From Podarcis liolepis (lineage: Eukaryota): DNA of 64,000 nt. Below the pieces are notes generated by a model that saw only the letters and a list, made by a program, of their open reading frames with translations, was not told the origin of the DNA and did no database searches. A program made the translations under genes and the position numbers. This document shows positions 26,601 to 40,329 of the stretch, in pieces (positions within the stretch are counted from its first letter, which is position 1; each line of letters starts with the position of its first letter). The DNA lies in NCBI GenBank assembly GCA_965112155.1, contig OZ218098.1; one strand, written 5' to 3'.

Positions 26601-29600
26601 AGCAGCACTGGCAGTGGCAACAATGCCATTAGCAACAATATCCCAGTTCACATGCAATGGCCTGGACCTGGGCCTAGCTCATGATTATACCCTCAAAATG
26701 CAGATGGTTTTCACAGCCTGGGAAATCCATGTTTGCAGCTGGAGCCCAGCCAAGTCTTGCTGTAGACAGCAGATGCAGCTTTGACTTCCTTGCCTGAACA
26801 ACAGGAGCCTGCCTCCCCCTTGGATAGTATTGGGGGGGGGGGACTAGGCAAATTGCCGTTATTCTGTTCACCAATCAACATTCTAGTTTGGTAGGCTCAA
26901 ATTTAAACTACACCATTTTTTGCATTTTTATTTTATTTTAAGGAAAGGTAGATGCCAGTTTTATTTGCATATTTTATTATGTAAATTTGCATAGGCAGTA
27001 TTTCCTATGCAATATTTAGTCTTATTCAGATAGTTACAGGAAAGAGAAAAAAGCACATGGAGCCCTTCCCCCCCCCACCTCCTAGCAGTTCAGCTCAGCT
27101 CCCATCCTCCACTTTCCCTAGCCAATGGTGTTTGAGATGTCACCAGGGGCTGCTCACACATTTTCAGGCCTCTTTGTAACCTTAAAGGCTAGAAACTTTT
27201 TTAAAAATGAAGCTGAATTGCCAGGGTGCTGAATTCCTCCTCTAGTAGCAACCCCTGCGATGTTAATGACACAATCCTGGAATACAGGCAGCCCATGCAA
27301 TAATTCCTCAAAGCAACACCAATGTCCTTGCGGAGCACAGGTGACCGTCCGAATGGGCACACATACCAATTTGTCAGAACAAGACAACAACAATTAACAG
27401 CAAGAGGAAAAGGCAGAGACAGATAGATGGTGGAGGTGTAGAGCCAGCCAGCTTACAGCTACCCCCCCTTCTCTGCACCCAGAAGAGCCCACCAGGGAAG
27501 CAGAACCTGGAGAGGGGGGCTATAAGTGAGGAAGACTGGCCTGGGTCTGGCAAATAAAGAGAGAGATTGGGCTGAGGGTCTTCAGTGCAGAGCAAGAGAG
27601 GGAGAGCTGGGGAGTTTCTCTGCAGGGCAGCTTCATAGGGGGATTACAGATGCAACAGGAAAGAGGCAGGGGATAGAGACCCGGGCAAGAAAGCAACTTC
27701 ACAGTCAGTGGCCTGCATTGGGAATGCATGGGGATTTCAAGAGGGAGCAGAGAAGGGAGAAAGCAGTGGAAGCCCAGCCAGAAGCAGCAAGCTGGAAAGG
27801 AGAGAGACCTGGCAGCAAGGAGCATTCCAGCAGCTGGGCAAAGGAGGCGATTCAAGCACTGACCTTGCCATGTAGCCCAGGACGTGGGCTCGGATGATGG
27901 TTGCCGCCTTCCTCAGCTCCTCTTCCCGGGCCTTCTCCAGTTTTTGCTCCAGAGCCTCCTTCAGGAAAACCTGGTACCCCGGGGAGGAGTTTCATCAAAC
28001 ACAAAGAGAGGAAACAGCAAGTCCCAGGCAGCACCAGCAGGTCCCATGCCTGCCTGCCTGCCTGCCGTAACAAGGCACACAGGGCTCCTTTTATGCTCCT
28101 GCGCCAGAGCCAGTCCCTGCTCTGCCAGCCCTTCCCCTTTGGGTGCTGTCGCTGATGGACAAGGGAGAAAGTTGTGCAGGGAGAGGAGCCAAACTCAGCC
28201 CAGCCCCCGCACACACACTCTCTCTCTCTCTTCCACACTGCAGGCTCAAGGATTAAGGGGGAGAGAAAAAGGGGGGAGGAGGCTGCACTGCTTTTAACTA
28301 TTAACCCTTTCTTTGGCTCAGTGACATCTTTTAAGGCTATCTGGGCCTGCTGCTCGAGTCCTGCTAATGAGGCTCTGGGTATGTGTGTCAACATTCCAGG
28401 CGCTGCATGCAAAATGCAGAAGGAAAACTGGCCAAACTATGACAAGATACCCATTCCAAGAAAAGAAGCTGGGGGGGGGGGGGAGAGAGGAACGGCGGGG
28501 GTGGGGAGGGAGAGGAAGATTCTTTCCAAATATCATTTCCTGCACTGCAGATAATCCACACATATTTTCCCCCTGGCTGCTTCTTTGCATCACTGCCTCA
28601 GTGCCAGCCTGTCTCCAAGCTGTCTTGCTGGCTGGAAGATTCCTTCTCACTTTCATTGCCTTCTCTGCAATCAAACCTTCCCAAGAGGTGTGGCTCACCC
28701 TGAATGCACACAAGAACAAGTGGTCATTCTGCTTTTGCTTTTTTATTAAAAGACACACCTGGGTGCTATTCCTGAAACCAGGAGGCATGAAGCCTGCTTT
28801 CAGAACAGGCTACACTTGTGGCTCTGGTGGGTGATGCATGACAGCACACGGGTCAGGGAAACGGCATCAATCCCATTAGATATTTCAGCGGCCCCATGAT
28901 GAGGTCTTGGAATTCCAACAGTGGGGTCTGGAAAACATCCATGGGCCTGGTCTGTTGCTCATTCCTGTCTGGGAGGTTCCAGAAGGATGGAAGGTCAGGC
29001 CTGGTCCACCTGTGTGGCTGTCGGTGGACCAAAAACATTGGTACTCCAATAAAGTGACACACAATCCAAAAGGTGACTCCGAGGATGCATTGTAATGCTG
29101 CAAAGACTCTGAGGCAAAATCCCTGGATTATGTGGCACAGATATTTGGGATAGCAAATGCCTTTGGTATTTTGAATGCAGCATTCTTCTGGAGGACTCGA
29201 GTGGTTGAAGATTGCATTAACATCCCCAAGAAAATCTGTTTTCATCAACTGCATTCATGGCTAGCCTCCCACGTTTGCCTGAGGTGAAGGCAATGCAACC
29301 AAAGGCTTAGGCTGCCAATGCATTAAAGTCTCCTTTCTGCACTGAAGTTCTAAAGCAGGAGTACAAAAAGCTCTTGATCACATGAATATTTGCAGAGAAA
29401 GCTATATGGAGGGCAAGGGGATCATCAGCATGTGGGTACTGTGTGGCTTAGGGGATGTGAATGAGCAGCCTGCAAGGGGGGGGGGCAAGGGGGACCATTT
29501 GGACGCAACCTGTGCAGACATGCACACTTATAAAGCCCCAAGTGTTGGACACATGGCCTTGCTCAAAATTGGTAGAGCAGCATTTGCAGAAATCAAATAG

Positions 29601-30734
29601 AAATCACAGATGCCTTTCAGAACTCCCTAGCTTGAGGCAGGAAGCTGGAGGCTTGCGGAAACTGGTGTGAAGGGCAAAGCTGGCAAGGAAAAAGTATAGC
29701 ACAGTGCCTCTCTGCCCAGTTGTTCCCTGCCCAAACTCGTGCTACAAGAATCCAAACAAAGTCCAGACTGCCACAGTGGACAATCAGCAGCTGCTCCCCT
29801 CTGTCCCTAATGAGAAACACAAAGACCATCCTGCTTTCCCCTTCCTTTCCTGTGCTCTACAATTCCTTATACTAGCCCTTTTCCTTCCTCCACCAAACAA
29901 TTGCTCAGTATAGAAATCCCCCCCTTGAAATATACTGCACAGGAAGCACTTCCCACCACTTCCCCCATCCTGCCCAGCACATGTGCAAGCCCACGCAGGG
30001 ACTCCTTAAGCCTCGCCTGCCCAGGTTGCTCATAAAGCCCTCAGCAACACCCTGGAGGAGCAGAACAGGCCAAAGAGGCTCACTGGGCAGGGACATGTCG
30101 CTAACCCTCAACCTCGGCCTCACCTCCAGAGACAAAGAGGGGCCCTATGCTTCAACGCAGAGGCAGGGCCTCTTGACAGGCACAAAGGGACTGGGCTCAC
30201 AAGGCAAACTCATGACTCTTTTAAGACCTATTTGTTTTCTAGGCAGCAAAGGAAAAGGAGAGCTGTGGCTCTGCGGTGGGGCGTATGCTTTGCATGCAAG
30301 AAGGTTCCAGATCCAGTCCCTGGCATCTCCAGACAGGGCTGGAAAACACTGGAGGAGTCACTGTAGGTCAGTGTGAACAGTACTAAGCTAGGTGGACCAA
30401 GGTGCTTGACTCAATAGAAACACAACTTCCCACGCTTCTAATTGCCAGCAATAGCTGCACCACTACAGAGCAAGAGTTTTAAGTGATCAGAACTGGAAAG
30501 TCTGCTCTGCTTAGGGCTAGGATTGCCAACATTTTTGCTCACTCTGCTCCTGTGCATATAACAGCAGATTGAGACACCACTTAGCAAGGAAAAGCTAACT
30601 TTCAGAAGACATCTGAAGGCAGCCCTGTTTAGGGAAGTTTTTGATGTTTGATGTTTTATCGTGTTTTTAATACTCCATTGGAAGCCACCAAGAGTGGCTG
30701 GGGAAACCCAGCCAGATGGGCAGGGTATAAATAA

Positions 30735-30781
<47 letters not shown>

Positions 30782-33700
30782 GTAAAGGTAAAGGGACCCC
30801 TGACCATTAGGTCCAGTCGTGACCGACTCTGGGGTTGCGGCGCTCATCTCGCTTTGTTGGCCGAGGGAGCCGGCATATAGCTTCCGGGTCATGTGGCCAG
30901 CATGACTAAGCCACTTCTGGCGAACCAGAGCAGAGCACGGAAACGCCATTTACCTTCCTGCCGGAGTGGTACCTATTGATCTACTTGCACTTTGACATGC
31001 TTTCAAACTGCTAGGTTGGCAGGAGCAGGGACCGAGCAACGGGAGCTCACCCCGTTGCGGGGATTCGAACCGCTGACCTTCTGATTGGCAAGTCCTAGGC
31101 TCTGTGGTTTAACCCACAGCGCCACCCACATCCCATTATTATTATTACTTCCAGCTTAATTTGTGGGTGAGGCCACTGTTAAAAGAACAGAGGCAAGGTC
31201 ACTGAAATAAGGCAGCTCTATCCTTGGTGCAAGAATACCATATTACGGCAATCTAGGTAAAGGCTAGAAAATTTATCATTCTTTAACACCTTAGTGGTGC
31301 TCCTACAAAAGTACAGATTCCTCCTACCACTTCAACATTTATTTTTTTAAAGGTATGTACCTAAAAATGAAAGAATGATGGAAACATGCATTTGGACACA
31401 TGTGTATACATGCACACTTCTTATGTAGCCAGGACTGTCCGCAGCAACATGTTGCCTTTACACTTGGTGACAAATCTTAGCTCACTGCAATGCAATGTGT
31501 GGAATGGTTCTAAGAACTTTTTTGTATGACTCCGAATCTTGCATTGCCTTGCCTTGACTGGGAACTTGCCATTATGGCTAGTAGCCCTCTCCTCTTCACT
31601 GAACCCCCAAGTTTAGCTTCTGCAAGCTTATATGCAATGAAACCCCCAATAGAGAACCCTGTGCAAATGTTGCTCCTGCCCTTCCACAGAATGCGCCCAC
31701 TGCTCAAACCCGGCAACTGACTTCTCCATCTACAATGCAGAGGACAGTACCAGAGAGTCGTTATTGTAATCCTTACATATAAACAGGGCTCCATCCTCTG
31801 CCTCAGCTTTAATCCAGGCTGGGTCTCCACATTGGAGCAGACCCTAGGGTTTCCTTGGCCATTGTAGCAGCATTTTAACAATGCAGCATCCGTCACACCC
31901 AGTGATGCTGGCTAACAATGTTGTATTAAGCTTTGGCCAGTTTCTAGAGGGCATTTGACAGAGCACCGCTGACACTGAACATACTGATATCTGTAAATGC
32001 CAGGCATCCCCCTATTGCTACCCAAATGGCCCCAAACTACCACCTTAATAACCAAGGTAAAAACCCCACCATTTTATTTGGATGCCAGAAAACCAATTTT
32101 GTAGCTTACATTTGACCTATCTCCTACTTCCAACGGTTTCTCTCCTTCCTTGTCATTTCCACCTTGTGGCTCACAGTAATTTTTAAAAGTGGTCCGTGTG
32201 CCCCAACAATTCTCATCTGCTTTGCCACTTATCAGGGATGTGACTCTCTTTCCTTGCTCCTCCAATGTCTTTCATAAAGTTGGCCATCCTCCCTTATCTC
32301 CTGCCTCTGAAATCAATCCCATCTGGATAGGCGGCAGAGCCTCTTCAACCCACCCTGTTTCCCCTCTTCCTTGCTCATCCTGAGAAGCAAAGACTTCAAA
32401 GAGCTCAAGCCCTGCCCCAAGTGGCCCTGCTTCCCTGAACAGCAAGCAAAGGGCAGTGAGGCAGCCAGTCCCTTCTTAGATGGACCAGCAACTCTGAGAG
32501 TGAGCGAGAGAGGGAAAGTTCTATTGTTCTTGGTGGGGTCAAAGGTCAGTTGTCTGCCGCACCAGTCACTTGGAGCCTGTTCTCTTTAATGGCTCCAAGG
32601 TTGATTTATTAACTCCAAGTGCTTGGTATGCAGAGAGACAGCAGTTTCCTTTCTCCTCTCTTGCTAGTGGCAAGCTGCCTTTGGTCTCCCTTGCTCGAGG
32701 ACTGATGCCTGAGCTTTCCTCCCTCCCCAGTTTCATTTAAGGCAGAACAAGCTGCAGAACATAAATATAATGCATAGACTGTACATCGTGTTGCTGGGAA
32801 ACGGTAAGCCAATGACATATGAAAGATAAGCTGCAGAAAAGAATCACACAGCAGCCAAAAACGTCCTGGCTGGGCCCAGTTACTTCACCCTGAATTTGGC
32901 ATGCTCTAAATGTAGGGGCCTCTAAATGCAGCTGGCAATTGCCCTTGCCTGATCAGTAAGAGTCTATGGCTCCCCATATTCCCCCCACATGTCTTTTAAG
33001 GAAGGCACATTTGTGACCTGCCGGACTACTTCTTGAATTGCTGTCCCAAGCAACTGTGCTCCCTAGCGGCCTTATTAACTCAGAACATCTAATTTATTCC
33101 TAACAAAGAAACAAAGCAAATCTGGTGCAGACCCCTTGGGTGAAGAAGAGACAGCAATGCTGGTGGCTACACCTTAATGGCAGGGTGCCCTCTCACTGTA
33201 TTGCTTTAGATGCTTGCTGGAAACTTTTTTTATTTCAGGAAGCCTACCCAGATATGTAACTTAGTCACCTGTATATCTGTTTTAAAAGCTTTATTGGTTT
33301 TATCTTTATTTCTCATTATTATGGTTTTACATACTTTTTTATACGTATTTGTTTTTATTTATGTTTTTACATATTTTTGTTTTTGTGGATTTCTGCTGCG
33401 TTTAACCTTCAATTTTATTTGTACATCACTTGAGTAGTTTTTGGTTTTCTTAAGAGGTCTATATATTTTCTAAATAAAATAAATTTAATAGGTCCCTTCT
33501 CCAAATCTACATAGACACCGTCCTTGTTCTCCTGCATTATGGAAGCAGAAAAGCATACAGAGAAGCACCACTGCTGTGAATTTGCAAAGAGCATGTATTT
33601 GTTTCCATTCAATCCCAATTTATTGTGGCAGATGGCAACAAACATGGAAATTCACCAAGCACCACTCATTTGCTTTAAAGCCTATCTGTCCAGCCTTAAG

Positions 33701-36700
33701 AGTGAAAAACTTGCTTTAAAATAAATAAGTAACAGATTTGAATTTCTGGACTCGATTCTAAACGTGACACACCCAATGCCAAATTCCACATTTGCTCAGT
33801 ATGCAGAATTACAATCACCCCAAATGTAGCACCCAAATTTCTTATCAGTGAAACAGATTTTACCCATTTGATATGCACTATAGTGATGTTAATATCTATT
33901 ATCTTCTACACATTGCTATAGATACATACAGGCATGCTCATTGTCAAAGTTCCTTGTTGGCTGCGCGCCTAGCAATGAAATTACATCAGGCCTGTAATTA
34001 CAGTCTGTTGATTTGGACATTTGGAAAGGGGCTGGGGTGGAGGAATCGTGGGTCCTTTTTCTTTTAAGAACAAAACAAAAACAAAACCCCAAGCTGCTTC
34101 TGTTTCATTCAGCTGGGTTTGCATAAGCACATATTTGCAAGCTAGTTATGGATCAGAAGCTGCCCCGTGCCCATCTGTACCCCAGATGACTGCAACACTA
34201 ATATCTGCCTTGTTGCTTAAGAAACGATGGCATGAGGCCAGCACACACAAGGAGCCGCTTTGTACCGAACCAGATCCTAGAAACATCCACTCCAGCACTG
34301 TGCTGTGGCACCAGCTCCTCAAGGTCTCAAGGAAGGGTCTTTCCCCAAATTCTTTATCTGTAGATTCTTTTAACTGCAGGTGCCATATATTAAGCTGGGG
34401 GTTCAGATCCCTTCCAATTCTGCGGAGCTGGGACCTTTTAAATGCAAAGCATGCAAGCTTCCACCGAGATTTTATAGCCTAGCCCTCACTGGGGATTGCA
34501 TCATTCCCAATGGCACACAGCATGCACTGCAAACTCTTCTTCCAATCTTGGGAGAACAAATCAGCATGGACCTTTGGGGGGGGAGTGTTTGATGCACACC
34601 TGGCCCCACTCAGTTCAACTGTGTCTACATCCAACCCGTGAGTCCCTTCCTCATTTGCACTGCAGGATGGGGTGGGAGGAGAGGGCTGCAGAGATAGTAG
34701 GAAGATACAGTATGCAAGAATAAAGGAGCGGCATATCAACACAGATTCCCTCCTCCCCCCCATTTTCACAGCATCTTCTGAGACATTTTCTTGTGTTCTC
34801 TTTTCAGTGTCAAAATGCCTAAGCAGTGACACAGGAACCTCCTGAGAAGACACGGCCTGTGGCTTAGCAACGAGGGGTGTACTATACTTCAAATGGAGTT
34901 GCTGGGAGTAGGATGGGGTGGGTGTGTTTCAGTAAGCCTAGTCATAGTGCAGCAGAGGTCAATGATCTATGCAGAGGTGGGCACACCTCTCCTAGAAGCC
35001 ACATCAATCTTGTACCCAGGCTACCTCTGGAAAGATTCCTTAGCACAGAGCGCTGCTCCACATGCTCTTTTGCACACAAAGGGCATACCTTGGTTTTCCC
35101 CAGCTTCCATTCTCTCTGGGTGCTGTCATATGTCTGCAGAAAGGAGGCACAAGTGGCTTTTGCACCGTCAGGATTGCCCCAGTTCTTCAAGAGCATCTTG
35201 TACCTGAGAGAACCAAATGAATGCTCTTGACCAGGAGTTAAGGTACAAAGCAATTTCTTTCCCTCAGCAAAGCTTCCTGCCCCTGTGAGGGGCTATTCCT
35301 CTCTCTCATTTTGCTTCTGAGTGCTGACAGGTTAGAAGCTCTTAACAGCTGGTAACTGGCTGCCCTCCACTGTCTTTTTCCAGTCAGTCTGAAAGCACAA
35401 GCAACTGGCATCCAACTACAGAAGTGCAATAACTCTTATGAGTAATCAAATGTCCCAAACATTAAAACTTAGAAAATGTAGTTTAACCCAGGTCCTGAAC
35501 TGCAGCTTAACAAATGAAATATACTTCGCTTGGGAAATGTTTATTTTTTGTCCTTTCCCTTCCAACCAGCCATCTCAAATGGTTATGGACGTGCAAGTCT
35601 CTTTGTTCAGACAACAGAAACGAAAGCAGTAGCCTGCAATCATTGTCAAATTTTATAGGAGACAAAGAGACAACCTGCCCAGACTCACCTTGCGCTTTTT
35701 GCTCAAAAGCAGGTCTCCTAGCTCAGTGTTTTTCAACCTTTTTTGGGCAAAGGCACACTTGTTTCATGAAAAAAATCACGAGGCACACCACCATTAGAAA
35801 ATGTTAAAAAATTTAACTCTGTGCCTATATTGACTATATATAAAGTAATTCTCTTGAATAGGAATCAAATAAACACAAAGAAAGTATTTTATAATTACTT
35901 TATTATGAAATAGTAAGTAAACAGAAATATGAAAAATTATAAAATACTTTATTCAGTGCGCAACCTGGGCCTGTTTGGCTGAACACAAAGCTGATATTCT
36001 GCCTGGAATCGAACGTTGCGGACCGTTCTCTGCTCAGCGGGGATTGATCCACTGATCCCCGCTGAGCCAGCGGATGACAGCTCCGTCTCCGCACTGTGTG
36101 CGGAGAGGGAGATGTCAGAGCCCCGCTGCTCTCTATGGGGAATCGGATGAGAGCGGACCGCCTGTCCGCTCTCATCCGATCCCATCCGATCTGATCCCCA
36201 CCCAGGACGGATGGAAAATAGGGTGGACACAGTCCGGCGCCCGCCTAGTGGGCGAAAATTTGACAATTTTTTAAAAAAAATCTTTCAAATTTTTCAATTT
36301 TTCCCACGGCACACCAGGCAACATCTCGCGGCACACTAGTGTGCCGCGGAACAGTGGTTGAAAAACACTGTCCTAGCTTTCCTCTTATCCACAAACAAAA
36401 CATCCACATTGAGTCATTTATTTCACACACACACACACACACCCCTCCACAAAGTCCCAAAGCACTGAAGGCCACATTTGACAGCAAAATTCCACCCTCT
36501 TGCTTGCACTGCCACTTTTACCTGAGGAGGAAATCTTGAAAGATCCACCGTACAGGAAAGCCAGCTCTTCGGACCTTCACTGTCTCCAGCATGCCTGAGT
36601 ATCGCAGTTGTTTCAGCACCACCTCTGGATTGAAGAGATTTGGAGACTATGCAAAGCAAGGAGTGCAGACAAGCCAAGGATAGGAGACAAGAAAGAAATG

Positions 36701-39700
36701 ATTTCCTTGTATAAAAAGTATTATATTGGCCTGAGCATTGTGAAGGGCACCCTCGTATAACGAGCCCCACTTACATGAGTGTGCAGACACTTGTAAATAC
36801 ACACACATACAGATCAAGCAGATAAAAAAAAATTCTCTAGGATTGAGAGAATTGTTGCTATGTAGGATGCATCTTCAAATGTGTTAGGGAAGGGGTAGGG
36901 AACCTGTGGCCTTCCTAATGTTGCTGGACTACAATGCACATCACTCCTGAGCACTGATCATGTTTGCTGGGGTGGATGGGAGATGTAGGCAAGCTATATA
37001 GGGAGTACCACAAGCTCCCTAACCCTATGTTAAGAGGAAAGGCACTCCGTGGACTTATATGGCATAGACAGCACCACCCCTTGCATTAAGAATCCACTGA
37101 AAGAGATCCAGTCCTGGCTCAGACATCAGCATGCTTTGTTCCACTCCTTTCTGTGATAGCTCTGGTCAAAAGAGGAGACAACCCTTTAAGTGGCCAGACC
37201 AGAGTCACAAAACATTCCCCTATTACCACAATAGGCCCTATTTTTTCTGCCTGCAGCTTTGGTGGGTTATAAGCTCACCATCTTTTGAAGAAAAGGGTAG
37301 AAAGTCCCCCAAACACCAACACCACTTTCCAGTCTAGCCTAGATACCATTTAAGGTCTGGCGGCTCTCCACCCGCCTTGCCCAACTGTCTGTTGCAGCTC
37401 TAGAAAGTCACCTTTTCCTGGTTGGGCTTAATGCAGCGAATGAAGAGTGGGTTGCAAGTGCTGAGCGTGGCCATCAAAGAGTGTAGGGAGTCCTAAAAAG
37501 AAGAAGAAAAGAACACTGAAAAGGAGTCACTTTTTTGGAAAATTAAGATTCTGACCTCTCTCTTGCCCCCACCCTGCCACCAGCCAGTCATACAAAAACT
37601 TTGTGGATAGGATAGGGAAACAGGAACCTCTGAACTGTGGATTTCGTGTGGCCCAACATTTCTTAAAGGTTGTGTACATGCGCACAGAACCTGTGGTAAA
37701 GGCAAACAATCAGTACATTCTCATCACACACACAACTTTCTGACCAGGTTGGGCTTAGTGGAACACAGTTTTGCTAGTTTGCAGTGGCTGGTGGCAATGC
37801 ACAGCACTGACTGGTTAATGCTCCCTGCAATCCCTGGAGCTGTTTTATAACCTTAAAAAAACACCAACTAATGACTTTTTGAAAAAGAAAAAGAGACTGG
37901 GGGAAATGCATGTTTTGATGAATAAATGTACACAGGGCAATTTAAAAATTAAAGAAAAGGCAGAGAGTCTGTGTGAAGAATAGAGAGTAGTAAGCCTAAG
38001 GTCTAAACAACACTTCAGTGGTGGCATGCATGTCTGTCCTGTTCGTAGCACAATTCAGTGTGGAAGCTGAGCTCACCCCAGGCAAGAAAAACCCTATTGG
38101 GGCTTCTGCTGTTATGTCTGAATGTCTGCCTGACCTTTCATTGGGCCTGCTGCTCCTACCCTGAACTGTGAGCTGACAGTCGGCCTGCGCCTCTGAGTTC
38201 CCATCTTCAGTGTGTCTTCACTGCTGCAGCCAGCAACTCTTTCAAAGAGATCATAGATGAAATCCAGCCTGCAGACAAAGAGGAGCATACGACAGAGAAA
38301 ACATGTATTTGATCACATCTTGCACAGGGGTTATGTTCTGGCGGTGCTGCATATACGCAAAATCACATATACCCAGATCACCACATTGGAACTGGGCCCA
38401 CATGACCATCTTTACCTTCCAAGCAAGGCAGAGAGCTTTTAAGTTCTCAGACTTGCAGATCTCGCAGGGCTGCCCAAGTGCAAGAACATCCCAGAGCCTA
38501 GTAAGCAATTCTGAGAACTTAAAAGCTCTTTCCATGCCAGAAAAACCCATCACAAAAGGAGCTTTTGAGCTCTCTGCCTTATGTGCAATTAGCTTGTGAG
38601 ATTTCAACTGGCTGGCTTTCAACCATGTAAAGCTGAAATCACGCAAGTTAACTGCACGCAAGATGCAATCATGCTGTACTGACAAATTCCAAAGGCAGAA
38701 ACGCACAGGCTGGTGCTGCCTATCTCTTTCTGAAACTACATGATGCATTCATTCTTCCTTTTGATGAACTACAGTAGTCCAGAGCAATCCTGGAAAGTGC
38801 TACATTATGCTGGATCTTATGGAAAGGTTGGGTACCTGAAGTCCCATGGCAAAGAGCTGATTGGCAGCTAAAGCTCCAACAGCCATGAATTGCCTCTGGG
38901 GGCTTGCAAAATGGTCCAAAGCATGTGCTAGGACTCCATACCAGTTCCCCATCCTTCTGTCTACAGTACTGAATGTCCAAGAAACAGCTTCCCTGCCCCC
39001 AATCAAAGTGTTCAGATGTTATGTACGCTCTGCAACTCTGCTCCATGCCCATCTGTAGCTCCCAACTTGTTTGAGCTTCGTTCAAATACAGTTGCTTACC
39101 TGCTGTCTTTCAGCATGTTTAAAATATCATCTCTAAAGGTGTCTCTGTTTTTCTCCAGAAAGCCCCTCACATCATAGAAGACCTGCAGCACAGAAGCAAC
39201 ACAAGCATTAAAATGTGCCATCATGATAATGCACAACACAGATGCATTGAACAAGGAGGAAAAACTCTTGAACTCACACACCCAAAGCTGCCAAATACCT
39301 TATGCATCTCTTAAGCCCTTTATTGATTAAGAGCAGGGGGAACTAGCCCAGAGGCGATATGTAGAGCCCTGTTCTGCTATGTTACAGGAACAATGTACTG
39401 TAGTAGCCACTAGAATCTTGGACAACATCTAGGAAGACAAGTCCAAACATCCCCTCTCGGCCATTAATCTCACCAGGTGATCTTGGACCAATCAATACCT
39501 TTCAGCCTAGACTACCTTAAAGGGCTGTTATGATAATGCAAAGGAAGAGGGGGGGGTCTGACATGCCACCATGAGCTCCTTGGAAGAAGGGTAGATAAAC
39601 GTGTCAAAGATAAATAAATTCTGCAGCCCACTGCCTTTCAAAAAGAGAGTTTAATTCAACCTCCCTTCAGGATTAAACCCTGCCCTCCTGCCCATCAGCT

Positions 39701-40273
39701 GGTTTCAGCAGTGTTATCATCTGATGGTGGGGGGCGTGATTTGAGGGTAAATGGCCTTGCAGACCAGATTTGAAACTCTGGTGGGCCAAGACTGATAGGC
39801 TGTTCTAAACCACAGCAACTGTAATGTGTGTTCTGGTCCCAAACAAGTCTATCATCTGTGGGGGTTCAACAAAATAATATTTGATAGGCCTAAACCTCAA
39901 ATTGGCAACTTAAAAGAGTTTTAAAACTTGGTAGAGGCTGTTGCTCAATCCCATGCCCATTCCAGAAATAAAATTCTGCACTTTAGGCCTTTTCTGTCAG
40001 CCTCTGGCTGTGGCCTAACTGCTCACTGGCTTGTAGGCCCCAAACTTAACCAGCTGCTCAGCTATCAGGCTAAAATGCACTTACCTCTCCGGCATAGTGC
40101 TGGATTCCAAACTGAAAATCTGTTACTCGAGGCTTCATATAGTACTGGTTGTTCTGAAACAGAAGCGAGTGAAGCACTTTATACTACACAAGCACCTGAA
40201 GCAACACATCAGCAGCTGTTTTTAAATATCATGAGTGGTAGTAATTTTTTGCACATAACCAAGCCAAACAGTG

Positions 40274-40329
<56 letters not shown>

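Noticed and set aside
28080-28100. Minus-strand TATA-like CATAAAAG upstream of exon 22 as an internal promoter
   Set aside because: Single degenerate motif; the downstream ATGs are out of frame with exon 22 and there is no other support
27852-28412. 186-aa minus-strand ORF
   Set aside because: Overlaps exon 22 in the wrong frame; the myosin frame VFLKEALEQ explains the region
32150-32310. Purine-rich exon-like segment in intron 21
   Set aside because: No myosin similarity and no convincing donor; exons 21 and 22 already join in frame
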